Part shown: one piece after another, positions 9,684 through 19,282 of the stretch
How positions within the stretch are numbered: position 1 is the stretch's first letter
How the letters are laid out: the number at the start of each line of letters is the position of its first letter
NCBI GenBank assembly: GCA_937958705.1
Contig: CALGNJ010000049.1
Span: 1 to 34,139 of the forward strand
From: Minisyncoccota bacterium
Lineage (GTDB): Bacteria; Patescibacteriota; Minisyncoccia; Phycocordibacterales; GCA-2747955
Direction of reading: 5' to 3'
Length of the DNA stretch: 34,139 nt
Program-made: the position numbers and the translations under genes
Notes under the pieces: generated by a model
The model's database searches: none
What the model saw: the letters and a program-made list of their open reading frames with translations, nothing else
What the model was told of the DNA's origin: nothing

Positions 9684-10319
9684 TTATTCTGCTGACTCCT
9701 CTTCTTCTCCCTTACCTTTTTGTTCAGACTCAATAGCACTCATATCAATTTCTGTTGGAGCCTCCTCTTCAACAATTTCTTGAGCTACTGATGAAGTAAC
9801 AACTGCTTCTTCTGGATCTTCTGTAACTGTAACGTTAGCTGGAAGAACAAGATCTTTTACTAAAATGTTGTCTCCGACGTTTGTCATTGCTGTCATGTCT
9901 ACAACAATCTCTGAAGGTAGATCACGTGGTAGTGAAACTACATTTACTTCTCTCAAAACCTTAGAGATTGATGCTCCTGCTTTTTCAGCTGGTGCAAGCC
10001 CTTCAAATACCAATGGTACAGATGCCTCAATCGCTTCACCTTTAGTAGTGGCATAAAATTCTACGTGTAAAATTTCTTCTGATACTGGGTGTCTTTGAAT
10101 TTCTTTAATGAGAACGTCTTTTGACTCGTCTCCTGCTCCATCAAGTTCAATGATAGAAGAAGTACCAGCTTCTTTATATACTGCTAAAAATTCACTTGTT
10201 AGTAATGAAATCACCACAGACTCACCGTTCCCGTTACATACTGCAGGAACGAAACCGTCTTGTCGCAATGTCTCAAGTGATGCGCCTGCTTGGCGTGCTT
10301 GTGCTGTTAGTTTCATCAT
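9684..10319 (-). CDS. rplY: 50S ribosomal protein L25 / Ctc
   Basis: LRQDGFVPAV, VLIKEIQRHPV, ILHVEFY, VPLVFEG, LPRDLPSEIVVD; acidic tail. Confidence 0.93.
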   Translation of the reverse strand: MMKLTAQARQAGASLETLRQDGFVPAVCNGNGESVVISLLTSEFLAVYKEAGTSSIIELDGAGDESKDVLIKEIQRHPVSEEILHVEFYATTKGEAIEASVPLVFEGLAPAEKAGASISKVLREVNVVSLPRDLPSEIVVDMTAMTNVGDNILVKDLVLPANVTVTEDPEEAVVTSSVAQEIVEEEAPTEIDMSAIESEQKGKGEEEESAE

Positions 10320-10330
10320 AATACGCAGTA

Positions 10331-10567
10331 TTATAGTCGTTTTTTAGGAATAAGCAACCATATACTCCAGCCTGCCCAAATGGAGTTCAAAATAATAAAT
10401 GGCCAGAGCATTCCATCAACTGCGTATGCTAAAAGCAAGACAGAACCAACAAGATTAAAAATCTCGTCAGCCTTAGTTCTTTTATCTAAGTCATTATAGT
10501 TTCCAATAATAAATGCAATGAATATACATAAGGCTCCAACAATTCCTGATAAGTAAAATAAATCCAT
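10331..10567 (-). CDS. Small membrane protein (CBU_0592-like)
   Basis: Three TM segments; NLVGSVLLLAYA...WPFIILNSIW. Confidence 0.7.
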   Translation of the reverse strand: MDLFYLSGIVGALCIFIAFIIGNYNDLDKRTKADEIFNLVGSVLLLAYAVDGMLWPFIILNSIWAGWSIWLLIPKKRL

Positions 10568-10659
10568 AATGCTCGTAGTATACCGTATTCCCCACCATAC
10601 ACCTTAATTCTAACTCAGGCTTGCTATAATCTATCTATTATTTAGTAAATATTTTTTCT

Positions 10660-11703
10660 ATGAGTGAACAATTTGATTTTATTGCAATTGGAGACGTGGT
10701 TACCGATGCTTTTGTAAACCTAGACTCTGTGCAAATCCTCGAGCAAGAAAGAGGTCCAGATTTAATGGCGGTACGATACGGGGACAAGATCCCATTTAAC
10801 TGGCACAAAATTATTCCAGGAGTTGGAAACTCAGCAAATGCGGCGGTTTCAGCAACCAGACTCGGATTAAAAACTGCATACGTAGCAAATGTAGGTGGAG
10901 ATGCATATGGTGCAGAACAAATTGAAGCACTCAAATCAAATGATATCGATACCAAGTTCATTACAGTCCATGAGGGAGAAAAATCAAATTATCACTACGT
11001 ACTGCTTCACAAGGCTGATCGAACTATTCTCGTAAAACACACAGAATTTGATTACAAACTACCCGAGATTGGAACACCTACATGGATGTACCTTTCATCT
11101 ATGGCTGAGAACACACTTCCTCATCACATGGAAATTGCTGACTACCTAGAAGCAAACCCAACAGTAAAACTTGCATTCCAACCAGGAACATTTCAGATGA
11201 AACTTGGAATTGAAAATCTTGGTCGAATTTACAAAAACTCAGCATTATTCTTTTGTAACGTAGAAGAAGCAAAACGAATCTTATATACACACATGCCCGA
11301 ACTAGAAGAGCCTGTTGAGCAACTGGAAACGGATTCTGGACGAAAAGCTGCTGTGAAGATGCTTCTTGAAGAAATGGAAAAACAAGGACCAACAATTCCA
11401 GTTATTACCGACGGACCAGACGGAGCGTACGTACGAGACACTGATGGTTCTATCTACTGGTGTCCCATGTATCCTGATCCAAAACCCCCTATCGACCGAA
11501 CGGGTGCTGGAGACTCATTCTCATCAACCTTTACTGCAATCTATGCAGAAACAGGTGATGTTACAGAAGCACTTCTGGTTGGACCTTTAAACTCGATGAA
11601 TGTTGTGCAACATGTTGGAGCACAAGAAGGACTTCAAACTAGAGAAGAAATCCAAGTGCACCTAGATAATGCTCCAGAATTCTACAAAGTGAGCGAGCTT
11701 TAA
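10660..11703 (+). CDS. PfkB family carbohydrate kinase
   Basis: GNSANAAVSATRLG and DRTGAGDSF PfkB signatures. Confidence 0.93.
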   Translation: MSEQFDFIAIGDVVTDAFVNLDSVQILEQERGPDLMAVRYGDKIPFNWHKIIPGVGNSANAAVSATRLGLKTAYVANVGGDAYGAEQIEALKSNDIDTKFITVHEGEKSNYHYVLLHKADRTILVKHTEFDYKLPEIGTPTWMYLSSMAENTLPHHMEIADYLEANPTVKLAFQPGTFQMKLGIENLGRIYKNSALFFCNVEEAKRILYTHMPELEEPVEQLETDSGRKAAVKMLLEEMEKQGPTIPVITDGPDGAYVRDTDGSIYWCPMYPDPKPPIDRTGAGDSFSSTFTAIYAETGDVTEALLVGPLNSMNVVQHVGAQEGLQTREEIQVHLDNAPEFYKVSEL

Positions 11704-11853
11704 AATAAGTACATTATTTTGTCGGTCGCGAAAAAACTTCCTCATCGTACATCCATACGTCTTGAAAGTTTTTTTCTTACCTCTTACCACTACATCTTCT
11801 TTAAAAACTCTTATGCATTACTTGGAGATAGACTAATGATTATTGAGAAAAAT

Positions 11854-11878
11854 AAAAGCACGCCGTTGGCGTGCTTTT
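11854..11878. terminator. Bidirectional terminator
   Basis: AAAAGCACGCC-gtt-GGCGTGCTTTT. Confidence 0.8.
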
Positions 11879-11896
11879 GAAAACGTGAGATTCTGA

Positions 11897-12190
11897 TTAA
11901 CCAAGCGCCTTGAACAAAGGTTTACGAATGAATGTATCTAATATAAATTCTGCAGCTGCGCATGAACCATTTTTGATACATCTCCAATAGTTTTTCAGAT
12001 GCAAGATTATTTGAAGCTTCTCAAAGATATTTACAATCTCAGCCTCTGGTTTTTTTAGATACCAGCCATATGAAGAATTTCCTGGAATATCTGGATTTGC
12101 AACCAGAGCAACAGCATTAATGCTGGGCGCAGGCACTCCTAATTCCTCAAGGAGTTTTCTTATCTTGGAAGTACTTTGTGGGTAACGCAT
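11897..12190 (-). CDS. Hypothetical protein, 97 aa
   Basis: ATG with AGGA upstream, TATAAT further upstream, terminator downstream; no recognisable motif. Confidence 0.55.
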   Translation of the reverse strand: MRYPQSTSKIRKLLEELGVPAPSINAVALVANPDIPGNSSYGWYLKKPEAEIVNIFEKLQIILHLKNYWRCIKNGSCAAAEFILDTFIRKPLFKALG

Positions 12191-12288
12191 TATTTATCCT
12201 ATACATTATAAATTAAGGTTCAAAAATAGAGACCTCGTGTCTCATATTTAAGCAATATTATACCTGATACAAATCATTTGCGTAAATT

Positions 12289-13134
12289 CTATGATTCCAA
12301 CATTGTCCCGCAGTTCTTGCAGTGAGATGCACTTTGCTCATGAAATTGCAGTCCACATGTTTGACACGGAATTTTCTTTTTGTTGATTTGCCCGATATGA
12401 GCTTGTAGCAAAGTTGACATGTACACAGGAATTGAGAATACTCCTGCCATAATAATAAACATTACAATAAACTGCCCTATCTTAGTAACTGGCGTTATAT
12501 CTCCGAAACCAACAGTTGTCACCGTTACCATAGAAAAATATAACGCATCATCAAAGGTGCCAATCTCCGGGTTTTGTGTTGCCTCGAACGTAAAGAATAA
12601 ACCAGCAGAGACGTAGAGGAGTACAAAAAGTGTAAATGCAATCTTCATGATTAAAATCTGAGTAATCTTTTTTTTAGGAACGTGTTTATGATTAAAATAT
12701 TTATCAAAATATCTAAAAATCTTAAATAGTCGGAATACTCGCAAGAACTGAAGTGAACCAAATCCAGGAATAATTAGTGATAACCAAAACGGTACAACAG
12801 CCAAGATATCAGCAATATTAAAGAACGAACCTAGATATTTTTTATTGTCTTTATTAACACGGATTCGCGCAAACAATTCAATTGAGAAAAACATCATGAC
12901 AAGCACATCTAGTGTTCTTACAAAGGTATACCACTCTGGCGTAAGGTTGTATGTTTCAAGCACGTAAAAACAAGACGATGCGAGCACTAAAATAATAAGA
13001 AATACATCAAAGTAGAATTCTTCTTTTGTCTTGCCTTTTTCGTCAAAGAACTTTGCCAAGTGCTTTGGTTTATAAAAATCTAATGTAAAAAGAGACTTTA
13101 GAAAATCCAAGAACGTGTACTTCCTCCTCGACAT
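12289..13134 (-). CDS. Voltage-gated potassium channel / ion transporter
   Basis: Six TM segments, S4 FLRVFRLFKIFR, selectivity filter TVTTVGFGD, C-terminal CxxC...H...CxxC. Confidence 0.92.
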   Translation of the reverse strand: MSRRKYTFLDFLKSLFTLDFYKPKHLAKFFDEKGKTKEEFYFDVFLIILVLASSCFYVLETYNLTPEWYTFVRTLDVLVMMFFSIELFARIRVNKDNKKYLGSFFNIADILAVVPFWLSLIIPGFGSLQFLRVFRLFKIFRYFDKYFNHKHVPKKKITQILIMKIAFTLFVLLYVSAGLFFTFEATQNPEIGTFDDALYFSMVTVTTVGFGDITPVTKIGQFIVMFIIMAGVFSIPVYMSTLLQAHIGQINKKKIPCQTCGLQFHEQSASHCKNCGTMLES

Positions 13135-13135
13135 A

Positions 13136-13909
13136 CTATATATCTTTAGTTAGCACGACAGGACCCTCTTTTGTAATCAGTACAGTCTCTTCAAACTGAG
13201 AAGTATCAGATCCATCTTTTGTCTCGAAAGTCCATCCATCAGACAGCATTGTAATTCTCCAACCGCCTGCTGTCACAATCGGCTCAATAGCAAGTATCAT
13301 ACCCTCCTTGAGAGGCTCAGCGTATCCTGATCCCCCAAAACTCGGCACAAACGGATCCATATGAATCTTATGACCCACACCATGCCCGCCAAGTTCTTTA
13401 ACTGTCTTGAATCCGTATTTACGGGCACATTCTTCTGCAGCAACCCCAATATCATTTGTAGTGTTTCCCACCCTAGCGGCAGCAATAGCAGCTTGTGTAG
13501 CCTCATAGGAGCACTCAAGAAGCTTCTTTCGTTCTGGTGTTGATTCTCCAACAAGATATGAACGACAGTTGTCTATAAACATACCCTTCCAAATAATAAT
13601 CACATCCAAAGAAACCAGATCTCCTTCTTGAATCACTGTCTTGTTTTCGTAACCAATCCCATGAGCAACATGGCTGTTAACTGAAATACATGTGGCACAC
13701 GGAAACGGAGGGTCAGATTTTTTTGTTTGATATCCAATTGTTCCAGACTGTGCACCAACAGACTCAATGAGTCTTCTTGATTCTATCTCTATATCATGAT
13801 GCGTTACTCCTGGTTTTAAAAAAGTTTTTAACCCACGCATAACTTCAGCAAGCTTTACGCCACCTTCTGTCATTATTGCTATTTCTTGTTCGTTATATGT
13901 CGTTACCAT
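13136..13909 (-). CDS. map: Methionine aminopeptidase type I
   Basis: CISVN..VAHG, GHGVG..IH.DP, AIEP, QFEETVLIT. Confidence 0.96.
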   Translation of the reverse strand: MVTTYNEQEIAIMTEGGVKLAEVMRGLKTFLKPGVTHHDIEIESRRLIESVGAQSGTIGYQTKKSDPPFPCATCISVNSHVAHGIGYENKTVIQEGDLVSLDVIIIWKGMFIDNCRSYLVGESTPERKKLLECSYEATQAAIAAARVGNTTNDIGVAAEECARKYGFKTVKELGGHGVGHKIHMDPFVPSFGGSGYAEPLKEGMILAIEPIVTAGGWRITMLSDGWTFETKDGSDTSQFEETVLITKEGPVVLTKDI

Positions 13910-13911
13910 GT

Positions 13912-14502
13912 CTATAGATTAACACGCTCCATAATTTCTGTGTGAATCTCTTCAATTGATCTGCTGGCGTCAATTTTTAGGAACTGATAATACTCTTCGT
14001 TCTCAAGAAAATCAATTGTTCGCAAGACCTCTTTATCAAACCAATCGAGTCGCTCCTCGATTGCTGCGGCTGTGTCATCTACTCCTCGCCCCCGAGCAAT
14101 CATTCTCTCTTTGGCAAGCTCTCTTGGGAGATCGAGATAAATCACTGTCGGACTTTCGATACCATAAAAACGAAGTGCTCCATCTAATACTTTTGCTTCA
14201 CGAATACGTCGACCAACCCCATCAGCAACTAAGTGTTTTGATCCATTAAAAAAATCTAGAAGCATATGTGACCAGATGTGAATTGCAAGAAATTCTGGTT
14301 GCAATGAACCTGAATTTGCAAGTTCTGCTGAACGTTCTGCTGTATAACCAGACTTTGTCCAGAACTCTCTAAATTGTCCACCTAACTCTAGTCGCAGGAT
14401 ATCCATTCCTTGCTCCTCCATCTTCTCTCTTAGTAATGCGGCTTGTGTTCCTTTCCCACAACCCGAGTTTCCTATAAAAATAAATACTCGTTGTTTTGTC
14501 AT
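13912..14502 (-). CDS. adk: Adenylate kinase family NMP kinase (short, no long LID)
   Basis: P-loop GNSGCGKGTQA, RGRGVDD, position between secY and map. Confidence 0.85.
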   Translation of the reverse strand: MTKQRVFIFIGNSGCGKGTQAALLREKMEEQGMDILRLELGGQFREFWTKSGYTAERSAELANSGSLQPEFLAIHIWSHMLLDFFNGSKHLVADGVGRRIREAKVLDGALRFYGIESPTVIYLDLPRELAKERMIARGRGVDDTAAAIEERLDWFDKEVLRTIDFLENEEYYQFLKIDASRSIEEIHTEIMERVNL

Positions 14503-14542
14503 GACGAGTATTATAACAAGTCTATATTTTTATGCCTTATAT

Positions 14543-14570
14543 TTGACATCCTGTATATAATATGGATAAT
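14543..14570 (+). promoter_or_regulatory. Sigma70-type promoter for the 14607 ORF
   Basis: TTGACA-16 nt-GATAAT. Confidence 0.45.
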
Positions 14571-14606
14571 ATGTATATGTCCTTTTAGAAACCTGTGGAG
14601 AAAAAC

Positions 14607-14861
14607 ATGTTTGGTGCAAAATTTATGGAAGCATTTGGTCACAACTACAAACCGCAACCTCAAAAAAAATTCTCTGACGATGATTACCATCGCTATCTAC
14701 CAACAATGTCTGAAATCGATGAGTGGATCGAGATGGATGATTACTATGAATTGGAGTCTTATCTGGATGAGGTGACTGGGGTAGCATCTTTGGGTGCAGA
14801 TGCATTAAAATTTGAAGGCCCTCGACTCATCACACCAAAACATCTGGGCCGGAAGCGGTAA
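14607..14861 (+). CDS. Hypothetical acidic protein inserted antisense between secY and adk
   Basis: GGAG 6 nt before ATG 14607; own promoter and terminator. Confidence 0.6.
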   Translation: MFGAKFMEAFGHNYKPQPQKKFSDDDYHRYLPTMSEIDEWIEMDDYYELESYLDEVTGVASLGADALKFEGPRLITPKHLGRKR

Positions 14862-14890
14862 TACGAAACCGCTTAAAGTTCATAAATGAC

Positions 14891-14924
14891 TAGCTCTCGT
14901 ATTACATACGAGAGCTAATTTTTT
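14891..14924 (+). terminator. Terminator of the 14607 ORF
   Basis: TAGCTCTCGTA-ttaca-TACGAGAGCTA followed by a T-tract. Confidence 0.7.
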
Positions 14925-14930
14925 ATTTAT

Positions 14931-14959
14931 AAAAAATGATGGCATAGCCATCATTTTTT
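14931..14959 (-). terminator. Terminator after secY
   Basis: AAAAAATGATGGC-ata-GCCATCATTTTTT. Confidence 0.8.
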
Positions 14960-14980
14960 CATCTATAAGTTTAATTCCCT

Positions 14981-16264
14981 CTAGTACTCTCGCATTGTAA
15001 TTTGAGAATCAAGCCGCTTAACAAGATCGATAGTTACCGACACTGCAATAAGAAGTCCTGTACCCCCAATCGCAAGCGACTGCAGCCCAGTGATTCCTTG
15101 GATCACTACCGGCAATACCGCAACTGTTGCCAAGAAGATTGCTCCTACCAATGTAATTTTTGTCATTACATTACCAAGATATTCTTCTGTCTGAGCTCCT
15201 GGACGTACACCTGGAACAAATGATCCACCCTTTTGCAGATTGTCTGCAACTTGTTTTGGATCAAATGTAACTGCTGTATAGAAGTATGTGAACAGAAATG
15301 TGAGCACAAAGTACGCACCTCCATAGATCCACAAGTTAGCAAGTCCCTCTAGAATAGACTGTCCAAGACTAGCCATTGCCGGATTAGCAGAAACTGCCAA
15401 GAACTGTGCAACCATCTGTGGGAAAATCAATACTGAAATCGCAAAGATGATTGGGATAACTCCAGCTTGGTTCAGACGTAGTGGCAAGTATGTTGATACC
15501 GCACCAGCTGATCGTCCTGACCCTCGTGATTGTTTTGCGTGTGAAATTGGAATTGGTCGCTCAGCTTCTGTGATATACACAATTGCATAAATCACTGCAA
15601 ATGCCATAACTAAGAATAGTGCATACAGAGGAATATCTGCGGGATTAACTAAGAGGTTTTGGTATAACGAGAATATTTGTCCCGGCAGGATTGCAACAAT
15701 ACCAGCAAAGATAACGAGTGATACACCGTTACCAATACCAAATTCTGAAACAAGTTCACCAATCCACATAAGTAGAACAGACCCAGCAACAACAATTAAG
15801 ATATTAACTAACAACTCAGCTGTTGTTAGGTTTCCAAGTACTCCCTGTGACTGTAAAAGTTTGATTAGACCAAACCCTTGAATAGCCGCAAGTGGTACTG
15901 ACATAAGTCGTGAGTACATTGAAATCTTTTTTCGTCCTGCTTCTGATTCACGCTGCATTTCTTTTACTTTTGGAGACATCATCCCAACAAGTTGCATAAT
16001 AATAGATGCAGTAATGTATGGACCAACTCCAAGAAGAGCAATTGAAAGGTTTGCAAATCCACCTCCAGAGAAGATGTTTAGAAACCCAAGTAGATCCCCT
16101 CCTTCCCCGTTTAGCAGAGATTGCAATGCTGCAACATCTGCTCCAGGCATAGGAATGTTAGCAAGGACTCGGAAAATCATAAATCCAAAGAGTACAAAAA
16201 GGATTCTATTCCTCAAGACTTGGTCTCCCCATACTAGTTTAAGTTTTTGTGTAAATACGTTCAT
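14981..16264 (-). CDS. secY: Preprotein translocase subunit SecY
   Basis: LGVGPYITASIIMQL, GIGNGVSLVIFAGI, FVPGVRPG, GGTGLLIAVSV. Confidence 0.99.
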   Translation of the reverse strand: MNVFTQKLKLVWGDQVLRNRILFVLFGFMIFRVLANIPMPGADVAALQSLLNGEGGDLLGFLNIFSGGGFANLSIALLGVGPYITASIIMQLVGMMSPKVKEMQRESEAGRKKISMYSRLMSVPLAAIQGFGLIKLLQSQGVLGNLTTAELLVNILIVVAGSVLLMWIGELVSEFGIGNGVSLVIFAGIVAILPGQIFSLYQNLLVNPADIPLYALFLVMAFAVIYAIVYITEAERPIPISHAKQSRGSGRSAGAVSTYLPLRLNQAGVIPIIFAISVLIFPQMVAQFLAVSANPAMASLGQSILEGLANLWIYGGAYFVLTFLFTYFYTAVTFDPKQVADNLQKGGSFVPGVRPGAQTEEYLGNVMTKITLVGAIFLATVAVLPVVIQGITGLQSLAIGGTGLLIAVSVTIDLVKRLDSQITMREY

Positions 16265-16284
16265 AATAAATATATATTACACTA

Positions 16285-16728
16285 TTATTTTACTGATCCA
16301 CCTGCTTTCTCAATTTTGTCGATGGCGGTCTTTGATGCAAGACAGTTTGAAATAGTAAGTTTCTTTGAAATGTCACCTGTTCCAAGAATTTTGATTGATG
16401 GAATTTGTGCTTTCGCGTTGTGATCAACGATTCCTTTTTGAACAAGAATTTTAGGTGAAACAATATCTCCGTTTTCGAAGTGCTTCTCTAATGTAGAAAG
16501 GTTTATTGGGAAGTGATACGTAATGATATCTCGTGCCCGGTTACCGTTCTTACCTTGTCCTCGCAATTTTGGAAATTTCTTAATAAAGTCACGAACTTCT
16601 GGTCGCTTTGAGTTACCAGTCCTTGCATTTTGACCTTTCATTCCTTTTCCTGAAGTCTTCCCTCGCTTTCCTCCTCGTCCAACCCGCTTTCGTGAGCTGT
16701 TTGATTTTGTTAGTGAATGTATCTGCAT
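16285..16728 (-). CDS. rplO: 50S ribosomal protein L15
   Basis: KRVGRGGKRGKTSGKGMKGQNAR, IKILGTG, KIEKAGGSV. Confidence 0.97.
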   Translation of the reverse strand: MQIHSLTKSNSSRKRVGRGGKRGKTSGKGMKGQNARTGNSKRPEVRDFIKKFPKLRGQGKNGNRARDIITYHFPINLSTLEKHFENGDIVSPKILVQKGIVDHNAKAQIPSIKILGTGDISKKLTISNCLASKTAIDKIEKAGGSVK

Positions 16729-16732
16729 AAGC

Positions 16733-17419
16733 CTATTTTTTTACTGCAAATTGACGTAGTGCCTCGATAGTCACTCGTGCGTTATTAATGTTGTTTTTTG
16801 ATCGTGAAAGTAATTTACCTCCAACCTCATCTACTCCCGCTAGTTCAAGTACTGTCCTAACTCCACCTCCAGCAGCAAGTCCTTTACCTGTAACAGGTCG
16901 TAGCAACACTTCTGAGGCTTTGTATTTAGTTTGAACATCGTGTGGAATTGAGTTGTTCTCTGTAAGTTTCAGTGTGATCATGTCTCGTTTTGCAACTCGT
17001 ACAGCTTTGTCAATTGCCGCAGCTGTGTCGTTTGCTTTTGCAAGACCAAACCCTACTCGACCTTTTTTATCTCCAATTACAATTGCAACTGAAAATGAGA
17101 ATCGTCGTCCTCCAGCCATAACTCGAGTAACTCGACGCAGTGAAACAATTTTCTGTTCGAACTCTGGTTTTTCTCGTCGGAAGTTTTTCCGTCGTGGTCC
17201 ACCTCGTCCTCCTGGACGTCCACCTCGCTGTCCTTGTCCACCTCGTGGTCGGAACGCTGGCTTGTCTCCTGGTTTTGCTGCAGCTGGTTTTACTGGCGTG
17301 TCAGTTGTTGTTGCAGTAGTTTCTACTTGTGCTTCTACTTTTGTTTCTGTTGCAGGAGTCTCAACAACTGGTGTTGCTGTATCTGTCGTCTCAACTGCTT
17401 TTTTTTCTTCTTCTGTCAT
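16733..17419 (-). CDS. rpsE: 30S ribosomal protein S5 with long N-terminal extension
   Basis: RRVTRVMAGGRRFSF, GRVGFG, AAGGGVRTVLELAG. Confidence 0.98.
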   Translation of the reverse strand: MTEEEKKAVETTDTATPVVETPATETKVEAQVETTATTTDTPVKPAAAKPGDKPAFRPRGGQGQRGGRPGGRGGPRRKNFRREKPEFEQKIVSLRRVTRVMAGGRRFSFSVAIVIGDKKGRVGFGLAKANDTAAAIDKAVRVAKRDMITLKLTENNSIPHDVQTKYKASEVLLRPVTGKGLAAGGGVRTVLELAGVDEVGGKLLSRSKNNINNARVTIEALRQFAVKK

Positions 17420-17426
17420 ATATCAA

Positions 17427-17768
17427 TTAAAAGTTAAGTCCACCTTCTCGTGCCCCCTCAGCAAAAGCTTTGACACGACCAGTGTACCGGAATCCACCTC
17501 GGTCAAATACAATATCAGTTACACCTGCTTTTTTTGCAAGTTCAGCCATTTGTTTCCCAGCTTCAGAAGCTCGGTCTGTAAATGTCTTTCCTGATCCACC
17601 TTGTGTAGAAACTGCTGCTAATGTGTGTGCTGCTACATCATCTATAAGTTGTGCAGTAAGGTACCGATTTGATCGGTACACAGCTAGGCGTGGTCGCTCT
17701 GCCGTCCCAGAGATCTGAGACCGAACTCGTGCGTGTCGCCTTATTCGTTTTGTTGTTTTTGTTGTCAT
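17427..17768 (-). CDS. rplR: 50S ribosomal protein L18
   Basis: GTAERPRLAVYRSN, VFDRGGFRYTGRVKAFAEGAREGGL; start moved to ATG 17768. Confidence 0.97.
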   Translation of the reverse strand: MTTKTTKRIRRHARVRSQISGTAERPRLAVYRSNRYLTAQLIDDVAAHTLAAVSTQGGSGKTFTDRASEAGKQMAELAKKAGVTDIVFDRGGFRYTGRVKAFAEGAREGGLNF

Positions 17769-17855
17769 GTGTATTGTATGTGTCGTTAAATCAATCCATA
17801 TCTCATCTCTATATACATAAAGTATAGAGAATGCCTTTTGCAATCAGTGTCTGTC

Positions 17856-18389
17856 TTATACGTTTTTCTTCCCTTCCTTTCGTCTAATAATCTCGTCTGA
17901 ATATCGGATACCCTTCCCCTTGTACGGTTCTGGTTTCTTTTGTAGTCGAACCTTTGAAGCAAATAATCCTACTTGCTCCTTATCAACTCCTGCAACCGTA
18001 ATTGTTTGTTTTTCAACAGCAACATCTAGGTCGGATGGAATTTCCATTTCAACTGGATGTGAAAATCCGAGTTGCATAACTAGTTGTGATCCTTTTACCT
18101 CAGCTCTGAATCCAACCCCATCAATGATGAGGTTTTTTGTGAACTTCGTTGTTACTCCATCAATCATGTTTTTTACATGTGATGCTGTTGTTCCCCAAAG
18201 TGCACGACCACGTGGTGTGTCCTCTTTAGGTATAAACGTAACTAGTCCATCATTCAGAGAAATAGTAATAACATCATTAAATGTTCTCTCTAGTTCTCCA
18301 AGTGGGCCTTTCACCGTAACGGTAGACCCATTTATTTGTACATCTGTTCCAGCTGGAACTTGTAGTTCTTGTTTTCCAATTCTACTCAT
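17856..18389 (-). CDS. rplF: 50S ribosomal protein L6
   Basis: MSRIGK, VKGPLGEL, LGFSHPV, PEPYKGKGIRY. Confidence 0.99.
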   Translation of the reverse strand: MSRIGKQELQVPAGTDVQINGSTVTVKGPLGELERTFNDVITISLNDGLVTFIPKEDTPRGRALWGTTASHVKNMIDGVTTKFTKNLIIDGVGFRAEVKGSQLVMQLGFSHPVEMEIPSDLDVAVEKQTITVAGVDKEQVGLFASKVRLQKKPEPYKGKGIRYSDEIIRRKEGKKNV

Positions 18390-18407
18390 AATATGTAATT
18401 AATGGTT

Positions 18408-18800
18408 TTACCAAATAGTGAATAATAGCTCTCCTCCCACTTTTTTAGCTTTTGCTTCTTTCCCTGAGATGATTCCCAACGGAGTTGAAAGCACTGATAA
18501 TCCGTATCCGTATTTCACAGGCCGTAGGTCACGGTATCCTGCATATTTTCGTACAGATAGTTTTGATACACGCCGTAGATCAGTGATCTTTGGTGTTTTA
18601 TCTTTATTGTACGCAATCTCTACTGTGAAAGATTTTGTTACTCCTTTACCAACCTCTTCGAAGTCTGTAATGTACCCTTCCTTCTTTAAAAGTAGTAGTA
18701 TATTTTTCTTCAGCTTTGAAGCAGGAACTGATGTGGTTGCGTTACCAGCCATACCAGCATTTTTTAAACTAATGATTAGTTCTGAAATTTTGTCATTCAT
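18408..18800 (-). CDS. rpsH: 30S ribosomal protein S8
   Basis: LKKEGYI, RRVSKLSVRKY, LSTPLGI, VGGELLF; likely ATG start at 18800. Confidence 0.97.
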   Translation of the reverse strand: MNDKISELIISLKNAGMAGNATTSVPASKLKKNILLLLKKEGYITDFEEVGKGVTKSFTVEIAYNKDKTPKITDLRRVSKLSVRKYAGYRDLRPVKYGYGLSVLSTPLGIISGKEAKAKKVGGELLFTIW

Positions 18801-18851
18801 ATTACGCAAGTGATATTACCCTAGTTAATAACCCCCTAGTATGCCTAAGCA

Positions 18852-19037
18852 CTACCAAGATGATTTTTGAATACCAGGAATCAAGCCTTGATTAGCCATC
18901 TCGCGGAAACAAATACGACACAATTCAAAATCTCGCATGAATCCATGCTTTCGGCCACATTTAAAACACCGATTTACTTTCCGTGTTGAATATTTAACCT
19001 TCTTTTGCGATCGTGCAATAACTGATGTTTTCGCCAT
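18852..19037 (-). CDS. rpsZ: 30S ribosomal protein S14 type Z (zinc-binding)
   Basis: 61 aa, CFKCGR...[16 protein letters not shown]. Confidence 0.97.
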   Translation of the reverse strand: MAKTSVIARSQKKVKYSTRKVNRCFKCGRKHGFMRDFELCRICFREMANQGLIPGIQKSSW

Positions 19038-19081
19038 ATAATTTTTCTTAATAATTAATACTTATAGATATAAGTCCCGGT

Positions 19082-19109
19082 ATAGTAACAAACCCCTTAG
19101 TAAAGTCAA
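19082..19109 (-). promoter_or_regulatory. Promoter for the rpsZ-secY operon
   Basis: Minus strand TTGACT-16 nt-TACTAT with TGn extension. Confidence 0.5.
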
Positions 19110-19205
19110 TTACAACAACACCTCCTCTTGTATCCGCGAAGTCAGATTTCTCGGAAATAAAGACATGTAGTGCGGTATGGAATTCTTTTTTTAAACTAGT
19201 AATAT

Positions 19206-19248
19206 AAATGTAAAGTATTCTTTACATTTTTTTCCTACTGTGTATAAT
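19206..19248 (+). promoter_or_regulatory. Promoter with palindrome overlapping the -35 box
   Basis: AAATGTAAAG-tatt-CTTTACATTT overlaps TTTACA; TATAAT at 19243-19248 (16-nt spacer). Confidence 0.5.
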
Positions 19249-19282
19249 GGCTTCATTATAAAACTAGATAGTATTAATCATT

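Noticed and set aside
17170-17419. rpsE N-terminal low-complexity extension as a novel domain
   Set aside because: Disordered N-terminal extensions on S5 are common; no distinct motif.
16953-18813. Long plus-strand ORFs over ribosomal genes (also 6652..7302, 23896..24558 and similar)
   Set aside because: Antisense shadows of well-identified genes, with no independent signals.
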